The position numbers were made by a program, and so were the translations under genes. Below are positions 1 to 14,368 of a stretch of DNA of 64,000 nucleotides, in pieces. The stretch spans positions 1,962,539-2,026,538 of the forward strand of contig MU004233.1 in the NCBI GenBank assembly GCA_010405405.1. Reading direction: 5' to 3'. A model generated the notes under the pieces. That model was given only the letters and a program-made list of their open reading frames with translations, made no database searches and had not been told where the DNA came from. Each line of letters starts with the position of its first letter. The stretch's first letter is position 1. Source of the stretch: Microthyrium microscopicum (taxonomy: Eukaryota).

Positions 1-237
1 TTATAAAGGTTGCTTAATTAGCAAGTTGTCTTATTTATATTTAGTTAGAGCTCTATTATAATATTAAAGAGTAAGATTAAAAGAACGTAACTATAGTTAA
101 GTTACTATGCTTCTATTTATACGTTTAGAGGATATAAAGTAATATTATTTCGTAGAGTTAACTATTCTTCCTTTATTATACTTTAAATAAGCTTCTTGTT
201 TTCTAATTAGTCTTTATTAAGTTTTTTCTTCCTTACC

Positions 238-271
238 TAATTAATTAATTAATTAATTAATTAATTAATTA
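238..271. repeat. (TAAT)n microsatellite inside the Gypsy 3' region; longer counterpart at ~35416-35466
   Basis: Directly visible. It sits at the equivalent position in both copies with different repeat numbers. Confidence 0.9.
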
Positions 272-3200
272 GGTAAGTTGTTTATTATAATAGCTATAGT
301 CTTACTAACTATATAGAGATAGCTACTCTAATTATTAACGCTTTTAATAATACTATTAGCTTTAATAGTTATATCCTTATTATTATTACTTCTCCTTATA
401 TATACGTTATTAACTATAATACTTCTTAATCTTATTTACTTACTACGTACGAGATAGCTATATATAAGGTTTACTAGAACGATATAAATAAGAGCTTTTA
501 TCTTTTTAATTAAGTTCTACTTTATTATTAGAATAATATTATTTATAACCCTTATCTTTATTTACTAACTACTTTCTAATATAAGAAGGTATATATAGTT
601 ATTAACTATTATAATCTATAAAACTATACTTTATTTAAGGTATTTTATATTAATTAGACTATACGTACTTTCTTAGTCTTTCTTAATTTATACTAACGTA
701 TTTATAAAGTAAGGCCCTTTATATTATAGTTAACTATTCTTCTAACTTCTTTAATAAGTGTCTTAACTTATTAAATGCCTCTTTTAAGGGGTTTACTAAT
801 AATTTATAGCTTAATGTTTATAGTATTATAATTTATTAGAGCTTCCTTAATATAATTTAGTTAACTAGTAGTTAAGCTAGTTATTTTAAAGCCTTAGATA
901 TTTATTATATGAATATTCTATAATTCTTTACTAAAAATAAGTAGAATAAAATTTATAAAAAGTAGTATTATACTTATTATATTAGCTATTCTAATTTAAA
1001 GAATTAGCTATAATATATAAGTTACGTTTAGCTTCTAAGATTTTATAATAATATATATTTAAACTATGTCTATAATAATAATATTAACTTAGATAAGAAG
1101 TATTTTTATAATAATAAGAAGAAGATCGCTAAGGAGGATAAGAATTCTTTACTATTAACTATCTATTTTAGTCTTTCTATTTCCTAAGGTATTACTTAAG
1201 TTTATCTTTCTTAGTAGTAGAGGTTTATTAAGTATATCTTATTTTTTTAGTTTTCTTATATTTTTATAATTTTCTAGTTTTATTTAGTAAGAAAGAGAGT
1301 CTTAGTATAAATAAAAGAAAAGTATTTTTATATATAGGTTATAGATAGTATTTTTAATTATATCTCTATAAAGTTAATTATTATAATAGAAGAGCTAGTT
1401 TTTAATTTTAGTTATACTTAAAGAATAGACTAGTTTAGTACTAATTTTTTATAATTATCTTATATATATTTTATTTTCTTTATCTATTTTATATAGGCTT
1501 TTAACTATTTAATAAAGTTAATTAGTTCTTTTATTATATTTAAATAACTTATCTATTTAATAATATAGACTATATAAAGTTTACTCTTTATTATCTTCTT
1601 ATATTTTTTAGTTATAATTTTTTCTATTAGTTATTCCTTTTATTTCTCTTTGTCTAAGTTCTTAACTAAGATTAGTAGTAAATAAAAATTATTAGCGTTT
1701 TAACTTAGAAATAGGTTATTTATTACTAGTCTAAGTAGGTTAATATAGAATTTCTTAATTTTTTATAGCATATTTAGTATAATTATATATAAGCTTACTA
1801 CTTTTATAACTTAGAACTTAGAGTAATAATAATTAAACTTCTTTTTTACTTATTTAGTCTTAGTATTTTTTAAGTCTAGCTAGACCTAATTACTAACTTT
1901 ATACTTAGGCGTTTAGATTTTTATTTAGTTAGCTTATTCTTATATTTTTTTTTAGGTAAAGGTTATAGTATTTTAAGCCTATTTTATAGCTTTTAAAATT
2001 ATATAAGTAGTTTTTTTCTTTTTCTTTTTTAAAGTATCTTTTTATTTAGATAAGAGAGCTTACTTAAGGAAGTTTAAGAAGGTAGAGTTTTTAAAGCTAT
2101 AGGATAAAAAGAAGAGTAAAAGTTTTATTATAAATAAGTATTATAAGTTAAGTATAAGTTAAAGTATTAGTATTAGTAAGAATTAGTTTAATTATATATA
2201 ATTTATATATATTTATACTTTAGCTTTAATATCTAAGTTTTATTATTCTATAAAGCTATTTATTTAAGGATAAAATATAATTAATAGCTATAGCTTTATT
2301 TATAGTAACGTATAGAACTTTATTTAGAAGTCTCTTATAAATACTAAATTATAATTATAGATAATTACGTTAGGAATACTATAAAGGAAATAGACGTATT
2401 ATAAGAAAATAGCTATAATATCTTTAGCTTCTCTTTAAGTAAGAAGGATTAGGATTACTTTTTTACTTAGCTAATTAGTAATAACTATTAAGATTATATA
2501 TTTATTTAATAGAGGAAGGTTTATTATAAAATTTATAAATAGTTCTTACTATTATTAGCTTAGAATAGGTAAAGGCTTTAAGAAGCCTCTTTTCTATTTA
2601 TAACTAATCTTTAATTAGCTATATATACTATAATTTCTTATAAAACGTTTTATATTAGCTATAATTTTAAGTTAAAAAAAGTATAGCTATAGAGCTTAAT
2701 AAGTACTTTTATAGCTAGGATAGCCTTAGGTTAAGGATATATAAGCTACTTATAGTATTATTATTTATAGAAGTTCTAAATTTAAGATTTATAGTTATCC
2801 TTTTTAGTAAAAGTAATCCTTACTATTAATTAAGTAGTTAGGAATAGAGATCTTAATATCTATAATTAATAGAGGAAACTTTTATCTACTAGCTTTAATT
2901 ATTTAATAGGCTACTTAATAAGTATTATTAGCTTATACTACCTTATTTTATTAGGTTACTAATAGTTTAGAAACGTTTAGTATTAGTAGTAGTAAATTAG
3001 AAATTAAAGCTTTATTAGTTAGTAGAGTCTTTACTAATTTATCTTTAATTACTATAGAAAGGATAGTAATATAAATAAGTAAAGCTTATAGTAGTTTAAG
3101 TAATTAATCTCTTTAGATATAAAGTAATTAGAAAGTTTTAGCCTAGATTCTTTTATTAGCTATATTTTAAGATATATCTTATTTATAATAAGAAAGACTA

Positions 3201-6200
3201 TCTATTATACTATTCTATAAACCTAGTTAGTACTTAATTATTATATTATACTTTATAAGTTTAATAGACTATTAGACGTACTTTTTTATAAGCTTTTATA
3301 GTTTTATAAAATATTTTAAGTTCTTATAATTAGATATTATTTTAAATTTCTCTATTACTTATAACTTTAAGTTCTATTCTTTTAGAGTAAGTATAATTAT
3401 AAGTATCTTTTTATTATAAATTAGGTAGTTACTTTAAGTAAAATTATACTTTTTAGAGAAATAGACTACTAGTTAAAACTTACCTATTTTATTCTTTTAT
3501 ACTAGTATAGCTCTTAAAGAATAACTAAAAAAGTTAGTATAGATAAAAGTCTTTCTATTATAGTTAAATAAGGCTAGTATTTAGTTAGTAGTAAAGAGCT
3601 ATTTTAGTTCTTTAAATATAGCTTTCTTTAAGTCTTTAAATAAGAAGAGAATATCCTTCTAAGTAAGTTAAATAAGAGATTTTATAATTATTTAAAAGTT
3701 TAGTATAAACTTATAATAGAAGTTAGTAAAGCTAAAGAAAGCTTAAACTCTATAAACGTTCTTAAGAGCTTTTTATTCTTAGATTACTTTAACTTTAGCT
3801 AAGTCTATTAAGATTCTTTATTTAGCCTTAATAATATAGCTTAAATATATTATCTAAGTAGTTATAAATTTATACTTCTAGATATTAAGATAGAGTCTTA
3901 CTTTTTATAGCTACTTAAGGACTTTATAAACGTAGGCCTTATATTACTTTCTAGTACCTAAGCTAAAGATTAAGATATTATTTAAGTATATAGAAACGTA
4001 ATTATCTAAGATATCTTAAAGGGTAGAGTTAATAAATCTTTAAAAGGTACTTAGAGTATTTAATAATCTAAATAGTATTATTATTTATTTAAATAAGCTA
4101 TATTATATCTAAAAAACTATCTTTTACTTATTACCTTTATATATCTAAATCTTATAGAATACTTAAGATATATCTAGCTTAGTAAACTATTATGCTTTTC
4201 TTAAAGCGTTTAGTATTTTATAGATAAGTAGTAAGAAGTAATAGTTCTTTATAGTTAACTTATTTAATATATAGTAGTTATAATAAAACTAAATTAATCT
4301 ATTTACTTTATAAATAAAGAGAACTAGTACTTTAGTAAGTAAGTTATTTATTTAAATAAACCTACTTTCTAGTAGATTATTAAGGATTCTTTTAAGGGCT
4401 AGTAATTTATCCTAATTTATAAAGTATAATATCTATTAAGGTAACTAAGGTTCTTTTCTATTAGCGTTTAGGATTAAGTTAATTTTATAGTCTATAGAAA
4501 AGCCTTAAATAAGTAGCTATTTATTAGCTAGCTCTTTTTAAAAAAGGTTAAGGTAATCTAAATACTATTTAGAAAGCTTTTTATAAGAGTTAATATACTT
4601 CTTTAAAGTAAGGACTTTTTATAAGTTATAAAGACTTATAGTAAAGACTTATATAATTAGTATTAAGCCTTTTTAAGACTATTTTACCTATTTTCTAACT
4701 TATTAAGTAAGCATTCTAAATACTATAGCTCTAATTACTATATAGTTATACTTCTTTTAAGAAGTCTTTAAACTTATAATTATATAACTTATTTCGTTAA
4801 AGACTAGCTTCTTAGGTTTTATATAAAGAATAATATCTTATTTCTTTATCTAAGGTAGGCTAAAGATTATATTATAGCTTAAAGTCTTTTTTATTATAAA
4901 GGCTTAAATAGTTTCTTTATAGCCTTTAATATTAATCTTTATAATTACTATTTTATAAATTTCTTTAGCTTTATTATTTATTTCTTTAATAAGAATTACT
5001 TAAGGTAGCAATATATATTTAAGTTTATATCTTTAAGTAAAGTAAAGACTTATAAAAGAATAGGTTAAGTAGCTACTATTAATAAAGCTTATATATAAAG
5101 AAAGTTAATTTACTATTAAAGATATTAAAAAGGGCTCTATAACTATATTTTAAGTAAAGAACTTTTAACGCTATTTTAAAATAATATTTTTATAATTTTT
5201 TAGTTTAGTATTACGTCTTTAATCTAAGTTTACTAGTTTTCTAATTCTATATTAGTAACGTTATATAAATTATTATAAGAGTTATTATTTTTTAGCTAAG
5301 TAGTAGTAGTCTTTACTAGCTAGCTACTCTAAGGAACGTTTAAAGTATTAATAGTACTAGCCTAGAATCTACTAGTATTATCTTATAGACGTTTACTTTT
5401 AGTAGTACTTTCTCTACCTTATTCTTATTTATAGCTAGCTTAACTATAGAAAAGATTCTAACTTCTAGATAATACTTAGGGCGTCTATTTATAATTCTAA
5501 ATCTTATAATTAGCTAAGCTATAGTAAAAATAAAGGTTATTTTACTTATAGTAGTTATGCTAGGCTTAGCTAGCTTTAACCTAGATATCTTTTATTACGT
5601 CTAGGTTTTAATTCCTAGATAATTAACTCTACTAAGTATTTATTTTAGTACTTAGTTCTCTTAGGCTATAATAACTTATATAAGCTTAAACTATTTAATC
5701 CTAAGTTTTTAAAGCTTCTTAAGTAAAGATATCTAAATTATTAGGCTAGAGGTAAGTAATTAAAGCTATTCTAAGACTAGAATCTATAGTATTTTCTAAG
5801 AATTATATCTAAATAGAGGTAACCTAAAATTATACTCTAGTATAGATAAGATATTACTAAAACTTAGCTTAAAAGATTCTTTATTCTTTGCCTCTTTATT
5901 AGATTCTTTAAAGGTTTATTAAAGCTCTTATTTCTTTATATAGGTTATAAAAGAGAAGGTCTATTTATTCTATAAATTTACTAAAACTTATAATGCTATA
6001 GCTAGTAGAATTCTAAATTTAAGAAAGGACTTATTAAGTAGTATCTTTTATAAGCTAGCTAAATATATAGTAGATTTAAGTATAGTTATTTATATAAATT
6101 TATTTATTAATATATAATTTTGCTTTAATTATTTAGCAAAAACTAGAATAAAGGGTTAAGTCCTTATATAAATATTATTTTAGGTTTAGGAGAGTTAGTT

Positions 6201-6973
6201 AGAAATTTTGTAATAGTAGTTAAAGTAGCTTATATTAAATAGCTAAAAGATTTATTAAAGAAGATAGAAGAAGAGTTACTAATCTAGCTATTATAATTAA
6301 AGTCTAAGGAGGATTAGCTTATAAAATTAGAAGAGAATAGTAGCTATAGTTAGAAGTTTCTCTAATAAAGAGTATAGTTAGTATTAAAGAAAGAGTTATA
6401 CTAAGTATTATAGATTTTTTCTAGAGTTATTTTTATTCTTATTATTACTATTAAGTTAGCATCTTATAGGCAATATTATTTACTTATTATATAAGGATCT
6501 TACTACTAGTATAAATATTAGTAAGCTATTTATTCTAGCTATTAACTTAGGCTTAGAGTTTAACGTAGACTACTATAATCTATTATATATTTTTATTTAA
6601 TTATATATAAATTTTATTAGTTAACCTATTTAGTTATTATAAAGCTTATTTATAACTAGTAGTAGTTATATATAATTATAAAATAGATAAATTAAGTATA
6701 TTATTAAGTAGTAAAATACTATTTATTACTTATTATAAGCTATTATTAGTTACCTTCTAGGATATATCTAAGTAGTTCTATAGCTTTATCTATTATTAGT
6801 TAATATATATAAAGTATACTTTTACGTTCTTATAAATAAAGCCCTTAAAGAACGTTTCTCTATCCTATCTAGTAATTATTAGGTAAGAAAGATTTTAGTT
6901 TACTATTCTAATTATTTATTAATAAATAGAGAAAGAGTAGGTAAAAAGAAGAGTTAGTTTTAAAGTTACTTAA

Positions 6974-7135
6974 TATTATAGATTAGATAATAAAGAGATA
7001 AGTTATATTATAAGCCTACTAAATAGGAAGGTAACTTAGAGAGAAAAAAGAGTTAAGAGACTCTTTAATCAAGGTATTTATATATAATAGGGGTAGCCCA
7101 AACGGGTATAGCTTTAGGGGGTTTAACCCCTAACA
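6974..7135 (-). repeat. 5' LTR (162 bp) of Gypsy copy 1
   Basis: Reverse complement matches 28551-28712 and 35977-36138, differing mainly by transitions. Confidence 0.93.
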
Positions 7136-7507
7136 TCTTTTTTAAATTTAAATTCTTATATTAGCTATAACTCTATAACTAGTCTAGCTAGATAAAATCT
7201 AAGACTAGATTTAGATTCCTTAACACTAGAGCTATAAAATAGTATATAAAACGTTCTATATTTCTTATATTTAGCTATATTTAAATATCTTAGCGACTCC
7301 TTAGCGACTTCCTTAAGTTACTTAAGTATTAACTTAAATAACTTAAGTATTTTATATTAAGGATTTAGACTCAATTTAGGTAAAAAATACCATGATTAGT
7401 ACTTAATTTAGACTAGTGCCTGCTAACTAAAAGACTAACTTGAGTCAGATTAGTCGACTCTGAGTCGAGTTAAACTTGAGCAAAGAGTGAGTCGGATGCC
7501 AACACTG
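7136..7507. mobile_element. Probable terminus of a hAT-like DNA transposon into which Gypsy copy 1 inserted
   Basis: RIP composition to ~7440, repeated subterminal GACTC/GAGTC motifs, and an end reading CAGTGTTGGCATCCGACTC on minus (CAGTG.. termini are typical of hAT elements). The partner TIR is not in the window. Confidence 0.45.
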
Positions 7508-8167
7508 CGCGTCATCGCGTGGTAAACACATTCCGGACTCCACAGACTCCACATTCTCGCGGCTCTCAACATCGTCAAAAAAAGGGGCGGTCGGCCATCC
7601 CGGCATTTTGGAATTACACATTCTTTTGGGACAAGATCTGCTTGGGAAATACGAGAAGTCGACGACTGATCTCGTCATACTCCAACTACACATCATGGCT
7701 TGAAGTTTCCAGGACTGACATGATGTTCATCTACTCCGTATCCTTCGACATCATGGTATGATATCAAGCTATATCATCAAACTGTTCGGTTTGCGTTCAA
7801 TGCCAACTTGAAGAAGCGTTTGAAAAACACCCTGCATTGTGGCTGCAAGTCTGCATCGAAGGCAGGTCCTAGTATTTATAAACCTCATCTTACCTGGCTA
7901 GCAACTGTCAACATCCTGTTGACAGGTGGATACCCAACTTCCAAGAAGGTACTGTTGACGCGACTAGTAGCGACCATGGAGAATTTTGACACACTACAGA
8001 GCATGGACAGTGAACTAGTTCGAGACGACATACCGTGCTTCAATGTCGAAGACACAATATTTAGCCAGTCGCGCCTAGCACATCAACTACTACATCTCTT
8101 TCATTCTCTATACTTTTCGCTCGTTCAAGTCGCTCTTTAGCAGTCATTCGTTTCGAAAGCTTCAATC

Positions 8168-11100
8168 ATGAAGACCCAACACTCGTTTATTTTGCAGTTA
8201 CTGCTTGTTTTGACTTTGTTCTCTGTACTGATATCGGCTGCTGCTGCGAAGCCAAAAACCTCCTCAAGCTCATCTAAGAAGTTGACCTCGTCGTCTACGA
8301 AGACATCGTCGTCGTCTAAAAAGACTTCGTCCTCCACTAAGACATCATCGTCTATTAAAACATCGTCCTCTATCAAACCTTCGTCGTCCTCTGTGAAGAC
8401 TTCGTCCAAAACGTCACTAGTCACGTCAACGCTACAGACCTCAGCTCTGTCCAAACCTGAGTCGTCTGTGTCAAGTTCGCCATCGGCTTCAATCTCTGGA
8501 TCAGCTACCATATCTGAGTCAACTTCATCCAGCTCTGCTCCAGCGATACTAGTTTCAGCAGTATCATCTTCATGCGGGCTAGCGGGCTATGATGGTATGC
8601 ATTCCATTGCCTTGCTAATACCCTTCTATGCTAACATTTGTTTCTACAGCCCAGAATCCTGCTGCATTCTACTATAATGGAAACGTAGCTGATACCACTA
8701 GCTGTGCGGCTATCTGTTCTTCACAGTCAACTTGCAAGTGCGTAAACCGCTGATATACTAATGAAGCCAACTTCTAATCATTACAACAGATCATTCGCTT
8801 TTGGCGGTAGTGGCACAGAATGTCTTACTTACGAAGCCATTGTCTCTGGAAACTTCGACGCTAACTCAGCAAGTCCTTATTACTTCTATGATATAACATG
8901 CTCATTTGCAACCTCGAGCTCTTTAGCAAGTTCGTCTAGCACAGTTTCATCATTTTCATCAGCATCTATCTCGTCATCAGCTACACTTTCGAGCTCAGCT
9001 ACAATTTCGACATTTGCCACAACCTCGACGACATCGAACTCGACGGTCTCAAGCTCAGCGGTAGCAAACTCAACAGTCTTAAGCTCGACATCAGCCTCAT
9101 CCTCATCCACATCTAGCGCAGCCACAGCAACCATCGCCGCAACAATTCTAGTCATATCCACTGATACGACCAGTGCATACGATGCTTACTCAGGCCTCAA
9201 TGCTCATGGAATACCATACGAGCTACTCATTGTGCCTTCAGGAGGCGCAGCTCTGCCTACTCTTAACTCATCCACTTCGAGCGCTAATTATGGAGGTATC
9301 ATAACACTGAGCGAACCAGCTGGTCTGACAACTGATCAATGGAACACAATGTACTCATATCAGGAAGCCTTTGGAGTTCGAATGGTTCGACTAACAGCGG
9401 ATCCATCAGGAGGTGGTGATGGTTCTAGTTTTGGTTCGTTACCTACTCTGGTCCACTTTTTCGTTCTACGGTTATACTAATGTTTGCTCATCATGTAGGA
9501 ACCACAGGTGCAAACGGAGATTCTGGCTGCTGTGGTGATAATGTTGAGCAGCTTGTATCTTTCACCAACACTACTGCGTTTCCAACTGCAGGTCTTGTCG
9601 AGTACGTAATCCAAATTGATACGTGGCGATCAATTGACTAACAATGCTCAGAAACCAAGGACGCAGTACTTTGAATATTTGGCATACTCCAGCCATCATT
9701 ACAGACGCCTCAAGCACTATCGAAATTGCCAAATTTGCGCCCAGCTCTGATGGCACCTTTGCTTCTGATACTGTGGCCGCTGTTATTAACACCAATGGCA
9801 AACGGCAGCAAATGGTCTGGTTTATAGAATTTGCTACTGACTGGTCGCTCACCTCCAACTTTATTATGCATGCTCACATCCAGTGGGTAACCCGTGGTCT
9901 ATGTAAGTCATACGAAAAGAAAAACGTACTGTACCACAATGAGTTCTAACATCTTGACCACAGTCATCGGTCAACGACGCATTCTTTTCAACAGTCAAAT
10001 CGATGATGTTCATCTCGAAACAGAGTTATACTATCCCTCGGATACACCCACGTGGTTCCGACTTCGAACCTCCGATTTGGATGCCCACGTGGCCTGGATG
10101 GCAGACCTTAACTCTCGTCTACCAGCTGGCTCTCTGTATCGCATTGAGCTAGGTCACAATGGCAATGGAAATGTCGAATACGCCACCCTCAACGACACTT
10201 CAGGAACCATTTGTACCCCGGAGACCTGGGTTCAGTACACTGGCACAAACTACGTCCCAACAGATCTCGAATTTCAGAAAACACTTGGAGCAGGCATCAG
10301 CATTTGGCCAACTACCCCTACATATCTTGAATGGAGTATGGAATGCTTGGCCCTCGATGAGCTTTTGAGCTGGTTCCTAGTCGCCGAAAACAGAGATGCA
10401 TTCAGCCATCTGTCTCATACATTCACTCACGAGAACGAAGATAATGTGACGTACTCGGATGTCGTCAATGAGATTCAGTATAATCAAGCGTGGCTTAGCA
10501 AGGTTGGATTCACCAGTGCGGCTTATTACTCACCAAATGGTATCATCCCGCCTGCTATTACCGGTCTACACAACGGAGATGCTCTTCAAGCTTGGTCAGA
10601 TAATGGTATCATTCACGCTGTTGGTGATTCTAGCCGACCAGTGCTTTATAATCCGGTAAGCAGCGATCTCTTCAATCATAGTATACTATGCTAACTAGCC
10701 GTTTTCAGATTAACGAGTACTGGCCTCTCATCACCAATGTTTCTGCCAATGGATTTGATGGAATGACTGTCGTTCCACGCTGGAGTAAGTATACCATGAT
10801 TCCCTCCCAGAAGTCGGTCTAACCTTGCCTAGCATTCCCAATTTACTTTGACTGTGATAATGTCGCTTGCAACTTGGTAGAGTGGGATGATACTGCCGGT
10901 GGAGATGGTAGCTTAACCGATCTACAATCCTACCTCCAAGAGGGATGGACCAAGGAATTATTGGGCCTCAAACAAGATCCGTAAGCTGCTTTGAAACATC
11001 AACAGCAGGCTGTGGACTAACCATGATTTAGATACATGTTTCATCAGGCCAATCTTCGACACGGAGACACTCAGGAGGTGACTATCGGACCCGTCTCTGG

Positions 11101-11610
11101 GTATCTGTCACTGTTGCAGATCTTTGTCGAGACTGTGCTTCAAGAGTTGACCAGATTGTAAGTTTTCACCTTATCTCCATCCTCATATGATCTCTCTTCA
11201 TTTACCACTCATACCCAAGCACAATTGCTAACTTACTACGATAGAACTACCTGGCCAGTCATCACCAAGAAGCACGATGACACTGCCGTCGCTTTCCTCA
11301 ACAGAATGGCACAAGAGTAAGTTACTACCCATCTCACCTCCTTTCATCGTCCTTTTGTACTAACAATATTCCCAGTCAATGCCTACCTGCAATGACCTAT
11401 TCCATCGCCAACAACACAATTACCAGCGTCAACGTTGTTGCAAAGCAAGGCTGGTGCAATGTTGCCATCCCAGTCACTTTCCCAGTGGCAGCAACAGCTG
11501 TCGGCGCAACAGCTACGGCCGAGCAGCTTGGATCTGATCCTCTGACTCTATGGACTGAAGTGGGGTCCAGTACTGTATCATTCTCATTGAGCGAGCCGAT
11601 AGCATTGTAG
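8168..11610 (+). CDS. Secreted Agd3-like carbohydrate esterase (CE18, galactosaminogalactan deacetylase family) with Ser/Thr-rich stalks and a PAN/apple-like Cys module; about 10 introns
   Basis: Signal peptide MKTQHSFILQLLLVLTLFSVLISAAAA. Motifs QIDDVHL, ELGHNGNG, SHTFTHE and PPAITGLHNGDALQAW match the Agd3 family. GT-AG introns such as 8595-8649, 8738-8789 and 9434-9498 join the ORF fragments. Stop at 11608-11610. Confidence 0.85.
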
Positions 11611-12013
11611 GATCTGTAGCATTGAGCATTGCATGGAAGGAAGCGCTGGTATTGGACGGCATGAGCTCTTTTGTCCTTTGGCAAATGAAGGTCTTGCGAG
11701 TTATTTAAACTGTGGAACTCTATCACAGTCTGTAAGTAAACATAATGGATATTGTTACATACTAGTAGTTGTATAAATCATAGTAACTACGATCAATCTT
11801 GTATGAAATAACGATAGCCATAACTGATCTAGAGCAATCGGGTTATTTGTTGGACCAAAAAGTGTTTTGCCCTTCTACTCCATATCAAAAGTCAGTATTA
11901 GGGCGACGTCCACAGCAAAGCCATCTCCTACTTCTAATCTATCTCTACCGCACTCTCATATCCCTTCATATCGTCATACATGGGCAAAAGACGGAAGAGA
12001 AAAAACGAAAGAT

Positions 12014-12053
12014 TGGGTCAAGTAATGTTTCATTGAAGAAACTGCATGTGTGG
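12014..12053. repeat. 40-bp sequence repeated in inverted orientation at 14515-14554 (37/40 identical)
   Basis: TGGGTCAAGTAATGTTTCATTGAAGAAACTGCATGTGTGG versus reverse complement TGGGTCAAGTAATGCTTCATTGAAGAAGCCGCATGTGTGG; all three differences are transitions. Confidence 0.88.
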
Positions 12054-12299
12054 GCTCCCTTTACCAAAATAAAACTCAACAATGGAAGGGCATTGGCTAG
12101 TTCTTCAGGAAGACTAGCAGATAATGATTCTCCAATAAGCGAATGACTGTAAAGGTGCACAAAAGAGCGGGATAGGATCGTCAAGAAAAATGGTAGTTAC
12201 CGATCTAATGTTTGTAATACCGTGAATATAATATAAGAACTTTGTCATCTGTAAGCCGATGTAGAAAGGGGAGTTCTCCTCAATAGCTTAAAAATAAAG

Positions 12300-13369
12300 T
12301 TATGCTTGTTCAGTTTCGTCCTCAACAGGTGGCAAGGCTGGTGTTTTATTCCAAACTGATCCCGAAATGCTTCCTTGAGCAATGGTGGATGCATTGCTCA
12401 TTCTTGTGCTTCCGCCTGTCTTCTGTGTTATTTTCAGCGTCTTTGCAACCAGCGGGCGTAGAGTTCCCAGACAACCCCCGATGACGAATAAAGCCGGCTC
12501 AATGGCAGAAACAAGTGCCCCAACGGTGCCTGTCTGAGGAGCCTCCACATCGTAAATGTCGCTTAGTCGTACTAATCGAACGATCGTAGCGATCAAACCA
12601 CCCACGCCGAGCAACAGAATGCCCGAAACGGTCAATTTGGTCCGAACATTCATTGATGGGGTGATGATCACATGCCGCAATGGTAATGCAACTACGATCA
12701 GGTCGAACGCCATGCTTGTTGTGACCTGCAAGTATTGTAGAATAGTGTCGGCCTTTTCAGAGTGGCATTTTTGAGGCTGGGTAAACAAAACAATGGCATA
12801 ATGTTGAGGCACGCCACAAAAAAAGAGGAAGAAGAAAAAGTGTACGGTTCCAAGTACGGTCGTAACCAGGACTGCCGAGTAAAGAATGAGGCGCTCCCAA
12901 GTAGCAGTTAGGAGGCGGAGGAATTGGAACCCGAGGGACAGCTTGAGGAAAATGTATTCCAGGATGAAAAATAGAATCATGATATGCATCAACTAGTCGT
13001 ATAAGCCAAAATCATTGAAAGAGACTGTAATGTACCTTCATATAATTTAAAGCCTCCGGGAAGCTAAGCCTCGAAGTGATGTGTGGAGCTAGTTCATGCA
13101 TTATCAAAAGGAAGATACAGCCGGCTGTGAGTAGTAGCTATTAAAATATATGAGTATGGCGTGATAGGGAGAGGGAATCTAGGAGATAGATATCATACCA
13201 CTGATAGTCCCATGAACCAATCATCCAGACCGAAAGATCGAACAACAAAGGCTCTGACGTATACTCTGAGAAAAAACAGTGGCCATATAAGGACCAGTGT
13301 GATGACTGCTGTTATAGAGATTGCCCACGCCAGTACATTGTCGGATGAGTATGTGATTCCAGGGGCCAT
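12300..13369 (-). CDS. PTH11-like 7-TM integral membrane receptor (no CFEM domain), 2 introns
   Basis: Exon 1 reads MAPGITYSSD...FLRVYVRAFVVRSFGLDDWF (PTH11 signature). The last exon has DLIVVALP, IATIVRL and IEPALFVIGGCLGTLRPL. Confidence 0.85.
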
Positions 13370-14368
13370 GACGGAAGATAGTTCTATGTTGCTTTCACTA
13401 TGGAGCCAATCAGTACATGATATTTACTTTCTAGAATGTCTTACAGACCTCGCTTTGTCTTATGCTATCTCGAGAACAAGTGGTTGTCCGTTACTAACAA
13501 CAGTTATAGAGCAAGTTAGTTGAGGGAAGCTGCGAAAATTGGACAAAACCACGAATAAATACACGGTCAAGCGTTCGGCAATGCTAACGTAGGGTACCAG
13601 TGATTGAAAGTGAGTCCTTGAGGAAAACAAAGTTTCGTGTTAGCTCAGGGGTACTGCATTACCATATATCATCTTCGATTCTTCTCAGTGATGCCGTAGC
13701 TCTGCATGCTCTGTATGCTGAAGAAGTCTCTTGGAGATTGATCTGTCTGAAAAGTCAACATCAGTTACGTTGGAAGCTTAAATCAAAGACCAGTTACATA
13801 TATTGGGTGGTCATATTTACTTGATGGTAACAAATTCGTCAATTGTCTGGTACCTAGTTGGCCTAGCTTGAATGGCTAAAATATCTATAACACCTAGAGC
13901 TCGTCCAAAAGACCTGGGCCAGTTGTTTTGGCAGCTCTATCCTTTTTACACTGTTTCAAAATCTTCATTCAATATTCAGCAGTGAGCCGGCTCAAAGTTG
14001 ATAGACACGAACCACGAAGTCGAGGAGTCAAGAATCCTGCATTCATCGGAATTGCACTATGCAACCTAACACGGATTACGCTACTCTACGTGATAGGAAA
14101 CCAAAGGTGGCATTGCAAAAAAGCTTTACATTATCAAAAGTAACAGCCAATGCTTGGAAGATTGGGACATGAATTTCTTTATTAGATGCCTAATAGTATG
14201 AGAAATGACTTAACTGTACTGCATGATTTGTGCTGATAGAACTGTATGAGATCAATCGTCAACAGGGGATGGAGAGATAGTAAACAAGAAAAGTAAGGAG
14301 AACTGCATTTACCTCAGTCGTTATGCGATATATACGAATTTTTGGGAATTTGTGCTCATTCAATATCC

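Larger units (their letters stand above)
1..7135 (-). mobile_element. RIP-inactivated Ty3/Gypsy chromovirus LTR retrotransposon, copy 1; 3' end lies outside the window
   Basis: Reverse complement is colinear with 28551-~35702 wherever I compared them (window start, LTR, RT, RNase H, TAAT tract). 5' LTR at 6974-7135 begins TGTTAGGGG on minus. Very AT-rich with TpA excess and no ORFs in the track. Confidence 0.95.

Noticed and set aside
8137..9161. Acidic minus-strand ORFs 8137-8511 and 8886-9161, and similar shadow ORFs such as 52748-53596 and 63561-63905
   Set aside because: Antisense shadows of Ser/Thr-rich or GC-rich real genes.
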